A stretch of 63,871 nt of DNA, the filler included. It is 5 parts of 5 records of this genome, joined end to end, with 100 filler letters (N's around TTAATTAATTAA, not from the genome) between each part and the next. Parts side by side here need not be neighbours in the genome. Positions count along the whole stretch, not along the records: positions 1 to 28,947 come from SRR20825006_143; 4 more parts are not named here. One strand, 5' to 3'. Positions 1 through 9,425 of the stretch are shown one piece after another (within the stretch, counting starts at the first letter, position 1; every line of letters starts with the position of its first letter). The position numbers and the translations under genes are program-made. The notes under the pieces were generated by a model. The model had not been told where the DNA came from. It saw nothing but the letters and a program-made list of their open reading frames with translations, and did no database searches.

Positions 1-55
1 TAGAGCATCGGTTTGTGGTACCGAGGGTCGCCGGTTCGAGCCCGGTCTTCCACCC
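1..55 (+). tRNA. tRNA-His(GUG), 5' end cut off by the window edge
   Basis: D-arm end TAGAGCA; anticodon stem TCGGT/ACCGA with loop TTGTGGT (anticodon GTG); T-arm GCCGG-TTCGAGC-CCGGT; acceptor 3' strand CTTCCAC-C. Confidence 0.93.
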
Positions 56-58
56 TAT

Positions 59-89
59 AAAGGTCTTGAGAAATCAAGGCCTTTTTTTT
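59..89 (+). terminator. Intrinsic terminator after tRNA-His
   Basis: AAAGGTCTTGA-GAAA-TCAAGGCCTTT hairpin followed by a T run. Confidence 0.8.
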
Positions 90-113
90 ATGTTTGATAG
101 TTTGTTAACCTTA

Positions 114-584
114 ATGAAAAAAAAATCAACATACAGAGGACATTATGCTGATTGTTACGTACTCAGTGACAAAAGAAAACTTAAAGATGTCTATAACTTT
201 CTTGATACATTTATTCCGAATCGCACAGAAAGCGCAGTTGACTACTCTGTTCCCTTGCATTCACTCCATCCAACGGTAATTTTTAATACCGCCGCTGAAT
301 TAATCACTTATTTGAGTGAACATGGAAACACTGAAAACATTGTTTATTGGTCAAACCAGAAAAACACTGAGTTAAAAGGTGCAATGTGTTTTTTTACCAA
401 TGACAACAACGTTATTTATGGCTTGTACTGTGATACAAAATATGAGGATACTTCTATAGAGGATTTCTGGCTAGAAAAAATGAAGAATTATTTAAAGTCA
501 GATGTTGCTTTGATAGACTATGAGACCCCCGCGCCCCATAATAGTGAAGAATTTATTGATCTGATAAAAAATAGATCTAAATGA
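114..584 (+). CDS. Hypothetical protein
   Basis: The track start at 15 lies inside the tRNA, so the in-frame ATG at 114 (or 90) is more plausible; the stop overlaps the next start (ATGA). Confidence 0.65.
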   Translation: MKKKSTYRGHYADCYVLSDKRKLKDVYNFLDTFIPNRTESAVDYSVPLHSLHPTVIFNTAAELITYLSEHGNTENIVYWSNQKNTELKGAMCFFTNDNNVIYGLYCDTKYEDTSIEDFWLEKMKNYLKSDVALIDYETPAPHNSEEFIDLIKNRSK

Positions 585-1162
585 AAGAACACCTTACTAT
601 GCCCCACACCAAAAGAAAGATACTCTGGATTACTTTATTGACTTTGTCAAGTTGCTCAAACAATGAAGTGATTCCATTTACCCAAAACACTGGCGAGAAA
701 GAGACGGAAATAGAACCGAAAGCCGAAATAGAAAAAAACAAGTATCAGTCTATTCAGGAAGTTTTTGAATCTAACTCCTCATGGATTAATATAGAAGACC
801 AAAACTATTCATGCTCTCTTCACTTTAATCTTTCTGCGACAGACACATTAACCATTGAATATTCTCCCGAGTGCTATTTGATGTTCCCTGCCAAGCTAAG
901 TAGAGATCATATTTCAGTGAGAATGAGCTCTATCATTGATTCAAAATATGACTTCGAAATTGTAAAAACCATTGAACAATTAAATGAAAAATACCATGAC
1001 CAAGTTTTTATGGAACTTACTTTGATCAATGACACAACATTATCATCGAACTACACGATAAAAGAAATTCAAAAAGCGATAAACAAGTCCGACTCTAAAA
1101 GGTTTCTTTTTCCTGAGGTATTTTATCATACCAACAGAATGAACTTCGACAGTTATCATTAA
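581..1162 (+). CDS. Hypothetical lipoprotein
   Basis: Basic N-terminus, hydrophobic stretch and lipobox-like LSSC. Confidence 0.65.
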   Translation: MKEHLTMPHTKRKILWITLLTLSSCSNNEVIPFTQNTGEKETEIEPKAEIEKNKYQSIQEVFESNSSWINIEDQNYSCSLHFNLSATDTLTIEYSPECYLMFPAKLSRDHISVRMSSIIDSKYDFEIVKTIEQLNEKYHDQVFMELTLINDTTLSSNYTIKEIQKAINKSDSKRFLFPEVFYHTNRMNFDSYH

Positions 1163-1213
1163 ATCCCTCCCCTCTTTCGCTTCACAACTTCCCATTTTTA
1201 GTATCTTCGATTC

Positions 1214-1993
1214 ATGAATAAACTTGAGATTCGCACGGTAGATGTGATCCAATACATCACACCTCTCCGCGAGGGCGGTTCGCTTCCTGCCATTGTAAAA
1301 GCCAACGATGATTTTTCCTACGTTCTAAAATTTAGAGGTGCTGGACAAGGGAAAAAAGCATTGGTTGCAGAGTTTATCGGTGGTGAATTGGCGCGTGCTA
1401 TTGGACTCAAAGTTCCTGAGTTGGTCTTCATGAATCTGGATGATTCTTTTAGTAAAACGGAACCAGACGAGGAAATTCAAGATTTACTGACATTCAGTGT
1501 TGGACTCAATTTAGGACTTCACTTTCTTTCCAGTGCGATTACTTTCGATCCCGTAGTTTCAACGATTGACGAGGACATTGCTTCAAAAGTCGTTTTGCTC
1601 GACAGTATTATTAGCAATATCGATCGAACAGTCCGAAATACAAATTTGCTCATCTGGAACAAGGAACTATGGGTAATTGATCACGGAGCGAGCTTCTATT
1701 TTCACCATAATTGGGACAACTGGAAAGATCATCTTGATCGAACATTTCCGCTGATCAAGGACCACGTACTTTTAAAGCAAGCGACCGAGCTCCCCCGTGC
1801 GGCAGAGGAGATTTTAACAGCTCTTTCACCACAGAAAGTAACAGAGATTATTTCTACTATACCTGAAGATTGGTTATTGGACGATTCCGAAACCTTATCA
1901 CCGGATGAAATGCGGGAAGCATACATTATCTTCATTACCAAGCGACTTTCGGTTATTGATTCACTCGTTAAAGAAGCTCAGGATGCAAGATAA
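1214..1993 (+). CDS. HipA-like (HipA_2-type) Ser/Thr kinase
   Basis: Gly loop REGGSLP, catalytic Lys in YVLKF, NIDRTVRNTN catalytic loop, IDHG metal-binding motif. Confidence 0.85.
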   Translation: MNKLEIRTVDVIQYITPLREGGSLPAIVKANDDFSYVLKFRGAGQGKKALVAEFIGGELARAIGLKVPELVFMNLDDSFSKTEPDEEIQDLLTFSVGLNLGLHFLSSAITFDPVVSTIDEDIASKVVLLDSIISNIDRTVRNTNLLIWNKELWVIDHGASFYFHHNWDNWKDHLDRTFPLIKDHVLLKQATELPRAAEEILTALSPQKVTEIISTIPEDWLLDDSETLSPDEMREAYIIFITKRLSVIDSLVKEAQDAR

Positions 1994-2366
1994 AGTGACT
2001 TTTGAATATGCCATTATCAGAATTGTGCCCAAGGTAGAACGTGAGGAATTTTTCAACGTTGGCGTGATTCTTTTTTCAAAGCGAAAAAAATACCTTGGAA
2101 TAAAATTTCATATTGATCCTAAAAAGTTGGCTGCATTTTGTCCAGATTTACCCGCAGATTTGTTTGAGCGAAACCTCCATGCTTGGAAATCTATTTGTGA
2201 AGGAAAAACGGAGGGCGGAGCTATTGGACAACTAGAACTTTCTGACCGTTTTCGTTGGTTAGCGGCAGCAAAAAGCACGATGATCCAATGTTCAAAAACG
2301 CATTGTGGTTTGTGTGAAGCCCCTGAATCTATGCTAGAATCGACGTTTAATGAGTTTGTCGTGTGA
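1983..2366 (+). CDS. DUF3037 family protein (usual partner of HipA_2 kinases)
   Basis: FEYAIIRIVPKVEREEFFNVGVIL and RFRWLAA motifs; ATG at 1983 overlaps the end of the kinase by 11 nt. Confidence 0.85.
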   Translation: MQDKVTFEYAIIRIVPKVEREEFFNVGVILFSKRKKYLGIKFHIDPKKLAAFCPDLPADLFERNLHAWKSICEGKTEGGAIGQLELSDRFRWLAAAKSTMIQCSKTHCGLCEAPESMLESTFNEFVV

Positions 2367-2402
2367 CATGATTTCTCAAATAACTCCCCTAAGTTTATTC
2401 TG

Positions 2403-2921
2403 ATGAAAGCTATTTTCCGTCTTATTTTCCTAGGAACACCAATAAGGAAGGGGTACACACTAAATTGTTCTGCTAATGAATTTATTCGATCTAGGGAAGA
2501 ACGGATGACGATGGATGAGCACCTCTTTTTTGTCCCATCGGAAATTAGGTTTCTTGGAGAATTTAAAGGAGATAAACTTGGCCAATTTGAAGTTAGTGCG
2601 TATTCTTCGCGGAAATTGGGAACTCTAGGTTTAAATGCATCCTCTTCGTTCTCTGGTTGGATTGAAGAAGAATCAGATCGTCAAATCACGGTCAACTCGA
2701 CTCTCAAAATGACAACAGTTGCTAGATTAGGATTGAGCATAATATTTGGAATCCATCTTGTATTGCTTTTCAGCGCTATTTCACATATCGTTTTATTGGA
2801 TTACGTTACGTTTTTATTTCCAATTGCCCTTTTTTGTTCGTTATCAATCTTTTTGACCATTTTATTTTTGCACATCCGACAACATAATCGTTTCTTCGAG
2901 CATTGGTTTTTATACAATTAA
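2403..2921 (+). CDS. Hypothetical membrane protein
   Basis: 172 aa ORF with two C-terminal hydrophobic helices. Confidence 0.55.
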   Translation: MKAIFRLIFLGTPIRKGYTLNCSANEFIRSREERMTMDEHLFFVPSEIRFLGEFKGDKLGQFEVSAYSSRKLGTLGLNASSSFSGWIEEESDRQITVNSTLKMTTVARLGLSIIFGIHLVLLFSAISHIVLLDYVTFLFPIALFCSLSIFLTILFLHIRQHNRFFEHWFLYN

Positions 2922-3292
2922 GTCGACTACTCCATTAGAAAATTGAATCTTGTAATCTATGCCGAAACCCGTTATTCACTCCGAAATATTTTTAAACGAC
3001 TGTCTACATGCTATTGCGGAGGATTATTTTCAAGAACGCATGCGTACAGGGACATTTTCTGAAAAAACCTACACTCAGCGATTGAAAAAGTTGCGAAAGA
3101 CGGGCGTTTAAATGGAGAACATAATGCTATTTCCTTTTTTATGAAGACCAATTTTTTTCCATTTTTTTTAGCGTCGCTAAGTCTTTTTGTATCAAAATCT
3201 TATGAACTGCCGAAGATGCTGTTGAGATTTTCGAGAAGTTTTTTTTAGTTGAGAAACCTTAAATTCACTTTAAGAGCAACTAAACAACAACT

Positions 3293-3679
3293 ATGAACCT
3301 TAACCAAATTACCGTTCCAGCCCTCAATTTATCAGCCTCAGTAGCATTTTATCAGGAGCTAGGTTTGAGACTCATTGTTCATTCAACGGAGTATTATGCC
3401 CGCTTCGAATGTCCTAATGGAACTTCCACTTTTTCAATTCACCAAGTCACAGAATTACCTTCTGGAGATGGAATATGGGTTTATTTTGAATCTGAAAAAT
3501 TGGATGATTTAGTGGCGGAATTACTTTCAAAAGACATCGAATTCGAAGAACTTCCTGAAGACAAACCTTGGTTATGGCGAGAAGCGCGACTCAAGGATCC
3601 GGATGGAAATCAAATTATCCTTTATTATGCAGGGAAAAATCGGCTTACGCCGCCGTGGAGGATAGATGATGGACGATAG
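3293..3679 (+). CDS. VOC/glyoxalase family protein
   Basis: LNQITV, FYQELGL, PWLWREARLKDPDGNQI motifs. Confidence 0.9.
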   Translation: MNLNQITVPALNLSASVAFYQELGLRLIVHSTEYYARFECPNGTSTFSIHQVTELPSGDGIWVYFESEKLDDLVAELLSKDIEFEELPEDKPWLWREARLKDPDGNQIILYYAGKNRLTPPWRIDDGR

Positions 3680-3783
3680 GATGTTAAGACGGAAAGACGA
3701 AAGACTAATAGATGAAAGACTAATAGATGAAAGGATTTTAAGACGTTAAGACTAAAGGACAAAGGATGAAGGATGAAGGATGT
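3668..3783. repeat. Degenerate 7-8 nt tandem repeat tract
   Basis: Units such as CGAAAGA, CTAATAGA, TGAAAGA, TGAAGGA; exact duplication of AAAGACTAATAGATG. Confidence 0.75.
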
Positions 3784-3791
3784 ACGTGGAT

Positions 3792-5108
3792 CTATTCTTT
3801 TCGGTTGAGGTGGATTAATGTGGAGGCAATGGACGCTTTCTTTTGTTCGTCGACACCTGCTTTTTCTGCGTAATGTTCCCAGTTGGATACTACGGCATTT
3901 ACTTCTTCGATAATGGCTTTCGCGTTTTTTATATTCATTGACTTGCCTACGGTCAGGAAATCGTCTTTGGTGATCTCTTTCCGCTTACCGTTCACGCTCA
4001 ATGCGTGTTGACTTACCCAAATGCTATCAGGTCTGTACGCATGACAGATATCATAAGCGGGTGCTAGTTCCCATTTATCATCCTTTTTCAAACGGAAGGA
4101 GAAATTCTTCGTATGATCATCGCAGTTTCTACTCAATACATTGAAGACCATTCTTCGGTACATTTCCTCTGCTTCGAGATAGGAAAGTCGGAGTTCTCTC
4201 ATTGTTTGAAATAATTGCTCATAACTGAAACTCGTTACTTCGTTAAAATCGAAATGCTTCATTGCGCAAAATGATTGGACATGATGCTTCGTGTTCCCTT
4301 CGCCTCTATCGTATCGCTTGGTCATAAAGTGTGCACGTCCATTTTCTTCTAGCAATTGGCAAGGCATCATATCAATTCCTGCGGCGGTCGCCATGTAATA
4401 GTACGCCATTTCCACACGTCCGTAGCCTTGGGTGTCGCCCAACTGTACATCACTTACACCGTCGAGTTTGATCAACCAATGTTCGAATCCCTTTGGAACC
4501 GTTGTTTGTCCAGAGCGAACCTCGCCTGTTTTCTCGTTAAACGCAATCACGGCTTTAGGTCGAGCACCACCTGCCGATGTTCCGATAGTGATCAATTGCT
4601 TAATCGCATTTTCTTCGTCTGTATCGAGATTTGTTCTGAACTCTTCACGTTCATGAAACATTTTTCGGGCAATATCAACCAAGCTATCAATCTCAATTTT
4701 CACCGTATTCTGTCTGGTTTTTAGTCGCTGTGGCTCAAATTCAAGCGCACCCATTCCTCTTGCTCCTATGAAACACAATTGTTCTACGGGGTTCATACTA
4801 TTCTCAGCGCGACCTTGTTGAGCTAGCCAAACATTGATTAATTGATTTCCATATTTATCGGGAAGGATGTCTGCAAGCAACCCCGGTAAGCCTTTGAATG
4901 TATTGAATTCAGCGTTTCGTTGTTGGCGAAGTTCAGGAAATGAGAAGATCGTTTGATTTCCGTTTACGGGCATTTTTAATGGTGCGAGGTCCAATTTCTT
5001 AGCCAAAAACTTCGAATCATATTCAAAAATCCCCAACTGTTGATCTTCATCCCAGGCAATTGCCCCAATTACTTCATCCCATATTTTAACAAAAGCCGTT
5101 GTTATCAT
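3792..5108 (-). CDS. hipA: Type II toxin, HipA family kinase
   Basis: N-terminal Couple_hipA-like region (LPDKYG), GTSAGGARPK Gly loop, NCDDHTKNFS, LAPAYD; start overlaps the hipB stop (TAATG). Confidence 0.92.
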   Translation of the reverse strand: MITTAFVKIWDEVIGAIAWDEDQQLGIFEYDSKFLAKKLDLAPLKMPVNGNQTIFSFPELRQQRNAEFNTFKGLPGLLADILPDKYGNQLINVWLAQQGRAENSMNPVEQLCFIGARGMGALEFEPQRLKTRQNTVKIEIDSLVDIARKMFHEREEFRTNLDTDEENAIKQLITIGTSAGGARPKAVIAFNEKTGEVRSGQTTVPKGFEHWLIKLDGVSDVQLGDTQGYGRVEMAYYYMATAAGIDMMPCQLLEENGRAHFMTKRYDRGEGNTKHHVQSFCAMKHFDFNEVTSFSYEQLFQTMRELRLSYLEAEEMYRRMVFNVLSRNCDDHTKNFSFRLKKDDKWELAPAYDICHAYRPDSIWVSQHALSVNGKRKEITKDDFLTVGKSMNIKNAKAIIEEVNAVVSNWEHYAEKAGVDEQKKASIASTLIHLNRKE

Positions 5109-5455
5109 TACCACTCACTTTCTTTACTATCTGTTTTTTTACGTCCCGTTCCTCGTTTCCGATCTTCTTGCTGCATTTTCGCAAGTGCAATTGGGCTGAA
5201 TTGTTGTTGAACACGAAACACGTCCATAACATGCAATAATTCGAGGGTCCGAAGTACTTGGAGCAATGTCGTAAGCGTAACTGTTTGTCCACGCTCCAGT
5301 AAACTCAATGTAGAGCGACTAATATTCGCTGATGCCGCAACACTCTCTTGCGATAAATTCTTTTGAAGACGCTGAGTTTTAATAAACGCTCCAATAGTCT
5401 CTGTTAGTGTTAAATCACTTAAAGAATACCAATCGATGTATGATTTATCATTCAT
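5108..5455 (-). CDS. hipB: XRE/HTH_3 antitoxin, HipB-like
   Basis: LSQESVAASANISRSTLSLLERG helix-turn-helix; translationally coupled to hipA. Confidence 0.85.
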   Translation of the reverse strand: MNDKSYIDWYSLSDLTLTETIGAFIKTQRLQKNLSQESVAASANISRSTLSLLERGQTVTLTTLLQVLRTLELLHVMDVFRVQQQFSPIALAKMQQEDRKRGTGRKKTDSKESEW

Positions 5456-5588
5456 AATGCTTTAAAATAGATTTAATGCATGAAATACCATACGAATATA
5501 ATGAATAATTTACAGATATAAAATATTATTGAATGATAAATCATTCAATAAGTAATTAAAATGCCTATAATGAATGATAAATCATACA
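5437..5588. promoter_or_regulatory. Three palindromic operators, probable HipB autoregulation
   Basis: TTATTGAATGAT-AA-ATCATTCAATAA at 5526-5551; ATGAATGATAAATCATACA at 5570-5588 and its exact reverse complement at 5437-5455. Confidence 0.75.
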
Positions 5589-5606
5589 GTTTAGATTTAA
5601 TCAAAT

Positions 5607-5638
5607 CATAAAGGCTTCTTGGGAGAGAAGCCTTTATG
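5607..5638 (-). terminator. Hairpin terminator after the class V aminotransferase
   Basis: CATAAAGGCTTCT...AGAAGCCTTTATG inverted repeat. Confidence 0.65.
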
Positions 5639-5671
5639 CAATCCTATTAAAAACAATTTCATTGTCCCTTA

Positions 5672-7129
5672 CTACTCAACGTAAGGATTGTTTGGCCAGT
5701 TCATACTTGACGACTCATCTACTAAAATACTTGACGTCTCATCTTCGTTGAGCATACTCACTAAATACGCTTTTATCTTTCCAACTACAGCATCGATATT
5801 GCCTTCTAAGTTCATAATATGAGGACAAATTCTGAGCTCATTGGTTTTCCCTGCCCCTATTCCAGTATCGGCTACGGCAAATCTCCCCAAACTTGACGCT
5901 CCATATAAAAATGCATTTAATTGCGGGTGATTAAAAGGACTTCCATCTCTTTTAAGAAATTGCATCACTGTTACACCATTAGAGAAACGTCGAGAAACAG
6001 GTGTTGAATAAACAACCCTCAAGGACAACTCCCTTACCATTGCATCCAGCTTATCTCGTAAGTGTTTTTGAAGATCTTTAACTCTCTTTTCGATGTCCTC
6101 TCTCCCTATAATCAAATGTTCACTTACGGCACGCCCCATACCAATAAGGTTCGCTTCATCTCTTTGTCCAAGAAACTCAAATCGCGAAGTATTTTCTGGA
6201 ATCTCTTCAATGAAATCGATGTTTCCGTTGTAACCGTGAATGCTGATGTCAAAATTTTTGGCTTTTTCAGATTTCATGTACAAAATTCCCGTCTCGAACG
6301 GTCCCATCAACCACTTGTGAGAACTGGAAGAAAAACTATCACAGTCTGTCTCTTTCACATCGATTTTCAATGCTCCCCAACTTACCGCTCCATCAACATG
6401 AATGTGAATGGAGTTTTCATCTCTGTTAAATTCCGCTTTGATATACGCTCGAACCGCTTTAATAATTTCCGCTGTCGGCATCCGAATCCCAGAAACATTT
6501 GAAACTTCTGAAAAGCTCAATATCACAGTTTTCGCCGTAACTTTCTCCAGAATTCTTGCGATGATTGTTTGCTCAACCAAAGTGTCATCTTGATTAAAGT
6601 TTACTCCTTTCAATGAAAATTCTACGACCTGCGATCTGTTTGGACTTCGTTCTTTCCAAACGTGTCTATTTGTCGGATGGTTTTCGTCCCAAAGCAGCAC
6701 TTCATTCTCTCCCCAATTATTAAATCCTCGTGAAAGTTGATTGTTTGCTTCAGAGGTATTTCTCATAAAAGCAATGTTTTCTTTATCCCCACCAATATGT
6801 CTAGCTGTTACATCTCGCACGGCAGAAAGTACTCGTATAAAAAGCTCTCTTCGAAATTGCATGGAAATATCTCTATTGAACTGATCTCGATAGTTTGCGA
6901 TAAGCTCTAACGCCGGAAAAAAGGTCGGACATAAATTCGCTGAATTCATCGGTTCCACAAAAAATCTCACATTATTATTCGGGAAAAATGAGCCTCTTAC
7001 CCTCCTCCACTTCTCCTCTTCATTTTTAGCATACGGCTCATCGATTTGGTCAATTAACTCTTTTGAGAGAAGCGATTGATCTCCAAGCCAATTTAATAGT
7101 TCTTTAAATTCATCTGTTGCATTTTTCAT
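5672..7129 (-). CDS. Aminotransferase class V-fold PLP enzyme (isopenicillin-N epimerase / cysteine desulfurase-like)
   Basis: MNSANLCP, RNTSEA, HVDGA, PLP-lysine motif SSSHKW, LRICPH. Confidence 0.85.
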   Translation of the reverse strand: MKNATDEFKELLNWLGDQSLLSKELIDQIDEPYAKNEEEKWRRVRGSFFPNNNVRFFVEPMNSANLCPTFFPALELIANYRDQFNRDISMQFRRELFIRVLSAVRDVTARHIGGDKENIAFMRNTSEANNQLSRGFNNWGENEVLLWDENHPTNRHVWKERSPNRSQVVEFSLKGVNFNQDDTLVEQTIIARILEKVTAKTVILSFSEVSNVSGIRMPTAEIIKAVRAYIKAEFNRDENSIHIHVDGAVSWGALKIDVKETDCDSFSSSSHKWLMGPFETGILYMKSEKAKNFDISIHGYNGNIDFIEEIPENTSRFEFLGQRDEANLIGMGRAVSEHLIIGREDIEKRVKDLQKHLRDKLDAMVRELSLRVVYSTPVSRRFSNGVTVMQFLKRDGSPFNHPQLNAFLYGASSLGRFAVADTGIGAGKTNELRICPHIMNLEGNIDAVVGKIKAYLVSMLNEDETSSILVDESSSMNWPNNPYVE

Positions 7130-7487
7130 CGTGATTTGTTTTAGGTGATTGTTTTAATTACACACACAAAACTATCGCATGAACGATGATCAAAATAGAC
7201 CATAACTACGGGAAATGCAATTGCGGGAAATACGTATTGAGCAACTAAAAAAAACTCAGTTTACGTAAACCTCCACTTCTAGAGTCTCAGTGTTCGATTT
7301 ACCCACCTAAGTGTTCAATTTTAATATTCATCTCGGGAATAGCAACAGGCCTTTGTTACAAGGTTAAAAGATTTGAATGTGATAAATATGGAAAAACATC
7401 GCAATGAGCGACACCAATTTAAGTGGAGGTATTAGTAATCAGCTACTTTCATTGGATCAACCTCAATAAACGCCATTACTTTTAGCA

Positions 7488-7513
7488 GCCTGTTAGCAGA
7501 TAACTAACAGGCT
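7488..7513 (-). terminator. Hairpin downstream of the T9SS cargo gene
   Basis: AGCCTGTTAG-CAGATAA-CTAACAGGCT. Confidence 0.55.
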
Positions 7514-7528
7514 CAGTTCTAAAAGGTG

Positions 7529-9247
7529 TTACTCAATAATGAGTTTTTTAATTTGACCCGATTCTGAATGACGGATAAAATAAATCCCATTTGAAAGATC
7601 AGTTATGTCAATGTTATTTGTCGTTTCGCTCGCTCGGAAAGTTTTAATTACCGATCCAGCTGTTGTGATCAATTGAAAGTTATTGTTGTCACTTTCAGTT
7701 GGAATTTCAAGCACAAAGAACGTCTTCGCAGGATTTGGATACACTGTAAACTGATTGCTTAAATCAAGTTCATTAACTCCCACTCCATCTCCAACGCAAG
7801 AAATACTTCCATCTCCCACAGTTGTATCATTTACTTTACAAATAAAAATATCAGAATGATTGTTATTCAAACTTGTTACGGTATTTCCTTGGATATTTTT
7901 ACTATTTCGGAAATTCCCAATCAAATAAGGAATATCACCTTTAGAAACGGAAACATCTCCTATTGTACCATAACCGCCACTTTCCGTATGCATAGACCAA
8001 ACGAAATCTCCGTCAACATCTAATTTCACTAAAGCGACATCCACAACCGTTGAAGGAGCAGGAGTATAAACATCACTCATATTTATTGTTCCCCAAAATT
8101 CAAATGAGAAAAAGACTTCATTTAGTCGATTGATTGCTAGCCCTCTAATTACATCACCCTCCGTGCTTCCGTAACCTTTAAGCCATTGGCAATTCAAATC
8201 ACGATCAAATTTGGTGACAAAAGCATCACGTGCAGATGCCGTTGTAATTGAGAATGTATCAAGACTAACAGAAGTTTGAAATTCACCCAATACGATAGGT
8301 TCTCCACACTTGTCCAAAACGAGATCAAGGGCAGATCCGTATGGCGACTTGAAGATTTTGTATCCTTCCAGATTACCCGCAGCGTTTAATTTTACGATTG
8401 CCGTAAGGTCGGCTATTCCAGATGTGTCCGAACTGATTATGGTCGTTCCATCAATAACAAACCCAGAATCCAACGAGGCTAGCGCAAAATGCTCTCCCCA
8501 TTCGTTTTCTACAATTTTCCCAATACCATTTCCTCCATTTGATTCACCAGAAACCAAATGTTCTATTTGTTTTGCCCATAGAAAGTTTCCGCTCGTTGAC
8601 ATTCTTGCAATAAAACCACACGGAGGGTAAGGATTATTCAAATAAGGAACGTTTGGATTCCCTGGCAAGACAATACTTCCTAAGCTCAATTCTCGGTATA
8701 ATGCTCCTGAGACGAGTAATTCTTGATTTGGAGTTACGGTAACCTGCCCACCCAATCGCTTTGATTCAAAACTATTCGCGGCATCTGCACCAGTTATCCA
8801 TGCAATTGTTCCATTGGGAGTGATCTTCATAATGAAAAAATCAAGAGCTCCTGTCGGGTTTCCGCTATAGGATGCAGACCCAAAACTGACTGTTCCTCCA
8901 ACAAACGACGCCAACACATAGATATTTCCCGAGGTATCAATATCCATACTTCCAAATTCAACAGCGTTACTAGACTGCGTACTATTGCTCTGGATGATCC
9001 ATTGCGATACTCCGTTTTCGTTATACTTTTGAATAAACGTGTTCACTGGAGCTGTTGAACCACCTCCACCACCCAAAGAAGGTGTATAGTGATAACCAGC
9101 AATGATGGAGTTCCCATCTTTATCGTTAACAATTTGAATATCCTGAGCGATCCCATCTTCCCAGCGACTGGAAAACTGGGTAACGACTTGCGCATCTAAG
9201 GAAATGCTTACTATACATAGTAGAGCAGAAATACAAAATCGAATCAT
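7529..9247 (-). CDS. T9SS-secreted beta-propeller (SBBP-like) protein
   Basis: Signal peptide; repeated D-x-F-x-x-K...G-x-x-x-W blades; C-terminal VYPNP...LSNGIYFI...KKLIIE type A CTD. Confidence 0.88.
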   Translation of the reverse strand: MIRFCISALLCIVSISLDAQVVTQFSSRWEDGIAQDIQIVNDKDGNSIIAGYHYTPSLGGGGGSTAPVNTFIQKYNENGVSQWIIQSNSTQSSNAVEFGSMDIDTSGNIYVLASFVGGTVSFGSASYSGNPTGALDFFIMKITPNGTIAWITGADAANSFESKRLGGQVTVTPNQELLVSGALYRELSLGSIVLPGNPNVPYLNNPYPPCGFIARMSTSGNFLWAKQIEHLVSGESNGGNGIGKIVENEWGEHFALASLDSGFVIDGTTIISSDTSGIADLTAIVKLNAAGNLEGYKIFKSPYGSALDLVLDKCGEPIVLGEFQTSVSLDTFSITTASARDAFVTKFDRDLNCQWLKGYGSTEGDVIRGLAINRLNEVFFSFEFWGTINMSDVYTPAPSTVVDVALVKLDVDGDFVWSMHTESGGYGTIGDVSVSKGDIPYLIGNFRNSKNIQGNTVTSLNNNHSDIFICKVNDTTVGDGSISCVGDGVGVNELDLSNQFTVYPNPAKTFFVLEIPTESDNNNFQLITTAGSVIKTFRASETTNNIDITDLSNGIYFIRHSESGQIKKLIIE

Positions 9248-9320
9248 AAAATTAAAATTTAAGTTATTTATTATTTACTGCGAAATACGTTCATTACACA
9301 TTATCAGTTGCTAATAGATG

Positions 9321-9361
9321 GGATGACATTAGGGGGACAGATTAAAAATACATGGGGGACA
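9321..9361. promoter_or_regulatory. Helically phased direct repeats GGGGGACA
   Basis: GGATGACA at 9321, GGGGGACA at 9332 and 9354 (spacings 11 and 22 bp) in a divergent intergenic region. Confidence 0.55.
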
Positions 9362-9425
9362 CTTTCTTTAGAACTCTTTAAAAGTCTAGTTTTATTGACA
9401 GAATTAAAAAACAATTATCAGACAA

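Noticed and set aside
15-113. N-terminal extension of the first ORF (MVPRVAGSSPVFHP...)
   Set aside because: It is a translation of the tRNA-His and its terminator.
2959-3111. 50-codon ORF MPKPVIHSEIF...
   Set aside because: No recognisable motif or supporting signals; cannot be distinguished from chance.
3668-3783. Possible CRISPR array
   Set aside because: Units are 7-15 nt with no unique spacers, and no cas genes are present in the window.
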